From the NCBI GenBank assembly GCA_034780895.1, contig JAUZTB010000027.1, positions 44,217,689 through 44,281,688 on the forward strand: a stretch of 64,000 nt of DNA, in the 5' to 3' direction. Positions 62,353-64,000 of this stretch are shown here, in pieces (position 1 is the stretch's first letter; every line of letters begins with the position of its first letter). A program made the position numbers and the translations under genes. This DNA is from Rhynchobatus australiae. Taxonomy: Eukaryota. Below the pieces are notes generated by a model. That model was not told where the DNA came from. It made no database searches and saw nothing but the letters and a program-made list of their open reading frames with translations.

Positions 62353-63539
62353 ACCGAGAACAAGCAGAGTTACACCATTGAGAGAAGTATAAAGATAAGT
62401 TGGATTCACCTACATTAATAAGAATATTGGCGTATGTAGATTTATTTGATGCTACCCACACCGGATATCACGTCTGAACCAAATCTCTCAAGGATGTCAT
62501 CTATTTAGTTTGATGGGTCTTAAAATCGAGTTACTCAGCGGACAAGACGCAACTTCTGATCACCATTTCGGCCGCGATAAAAGGACTAATCAATAACACC
62601 TCGAAGGCAAGTTAATTCTACGAGTCTCTGTGTATAATACTCACAGAAAGTGAAAAATTGTCGGCATGTTGGCGATAAAACGAGGATCTAAACTGATATC
62701 AAAGACAACAAGCAGTCGAAATATGGCAAGGGGTGATAATAATATACTTTTAAACCTCAGGACTAACCTCAATCCTTCAAACCGTTTTATTTATTCAAGG
62801 TTGCTGGGTGCCAATACCGGGTTTTCCAGGATTCTCTCTGCTAGATACCTTGTTTAAAAAAAAGTGACGCGAGTTTTGTACAGGAATTGTTTTAAGAATA
62901 TTGAGCAGGACGAACATAATTTTGAAACCATTTTTGTCTATGTCTTTGTCGATAGTGACATATTAATAGAAACGATTTTAATCGCGTTAATGTTTGGAAT
63001 ATTTACCTGATACATTGTGCAGTGCACGGTGTGTAACGCTGCCTGGTGAATGGTTCCAGGCATCAGCAACTGCCCTGAATAATCTAGCGCCCTTAACATT
63101 ACAGAAACAGTTCACAGGAGCGTCATCAGGAAAGAAGCGGAGTCTCATAGGATGGTACAAAGGCAGCTGGCGAGAGGCTTAGGCAAACATGTGGGTATTA
63201 ATGGGCGTTTCCCCCCCCCCCCCCAGAGGAAACAGGGGAGGAGGTTTACGGAGGGAATTCCGGACCTGACAGACCCAGGCCACCAGCGCCACCCCTGGGG
63301 AGATTACACACCGACATGTGCAACAATCCGTACCCGAGCAGAGACGTATTCCGTGGAGGGGTAACGGTGTTCCGTGCATTATATAACGATGGAGGGCTGC
63401 GACCATGAAGATATTTGAAAATAAGGATAAAAATGTTAAAAACTGAAGCATTACTGAGCTGCAGCCGGTGTAGGCGAGGCAGCTAATGGTGCGGATCTTG
63501 GACATGGACATGGTGAAGCACATGGAGAAATGTTGGGCT

Positions 63540-63830
63540 AAATTGCATCGATTTTTATGCAAGGAATTTGACTGGAGGCAGAAGAACTGAAAGCGTTGAT
63601 AAGCACATTGGAATATTATATTGTTATAACAGAGACATGGTTGAAACAAGGGCAGGAGCGGCAACTCAACAGGCTGTAGAATATTTCAGGCATGGACGTG
63701 GGATAAGGGTGTAAACATTGCAGTATTCATAAGGTTTCTTTTAATGCAGGAAGGCTCTTCAAAGGAGGCCACGTGGGTAGAGCTCGGCTAAACCAGGGTG
63801 ATTTCAACTTCCCGTCTATTAACTGGGTAG
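63540..63830 (+). mobile_element. CR1-like LINE endonuclease-domain remnant
   Basis: Decayed NARxL..AEELKALIS..ITETWL..GDFNFPxINW motifs. Confidence 0.7.
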
Positions 63831-63879
63831 CTTAAGTGTGAACAGTTAAACGGATGGGACTTTTATGCTCCGGGGTCTG

Positions 63880-64000
63880 CGGCGTATCCTTTCAGCGTCG
63901 GCGTCAATGGCACTGAGCTGAGGACAGTCGTTCACTCCAAGTACCTGGAAGGCGTCAACTCTTCCGACGGCTCTCTCAACATGGAAACAGCGCTCGAATC
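63880..64000 (+). mobile_element. RTE-like LINE RT fragment (runs off window)
   Basis: GVNGTELRTVVHSKYLEGVNSSDGSLNME resembles the RTE L..V..FKYLGS.ISSDGSLD motif. Confidence 0.6.

Overview
AT-rich vertebrate genomic scaffold with many N gaps. Its repeat content (V-SINE/HE1-like SINEs, CR1-like and RTE-like LINE fragments) suggests a cartilaginous fish, probably a batoid; this is an inference. By hand-splicing short exons on the minus strand, the window resolves into a tandem cluster of related immunoglobulin-superfamily receptor genes. Each has a germline-joined V(J) exon and no RSS, and they resemble SIRP-type or other non-rearranging V-C1 receptors. Gene A (~3.1-6.6 kb): leader-V-C1-TM, with an Arg at the start of the TM and an immediate stop, so it is a candidate activating or tail-less form; a decayed ITIM-exon remnant lies downstream. 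Gene B (~18.8-26.7 kb): leader-V-C1-(second C1)-TM plus three cytoplasmic exons with ITIM/ITSM motifs, i.e. a SIRPalpha-like inhibitory form; a gap leaves open whether this is one gene or two. Pseudogene C (~29.5-30.0 kb): leader plus a frameshifted V. Gene D (~49.35-54.35 kb): leader-V-TM-ITIM tail with no C1. Pseudogene E (~60.5-62.4 kb): decayed C1 and TM. Together these look like a birth-and-death, paired inhibitory/activating immune receptor locus with short V domains. Exon boundaries were read by eye, and no database search was run.
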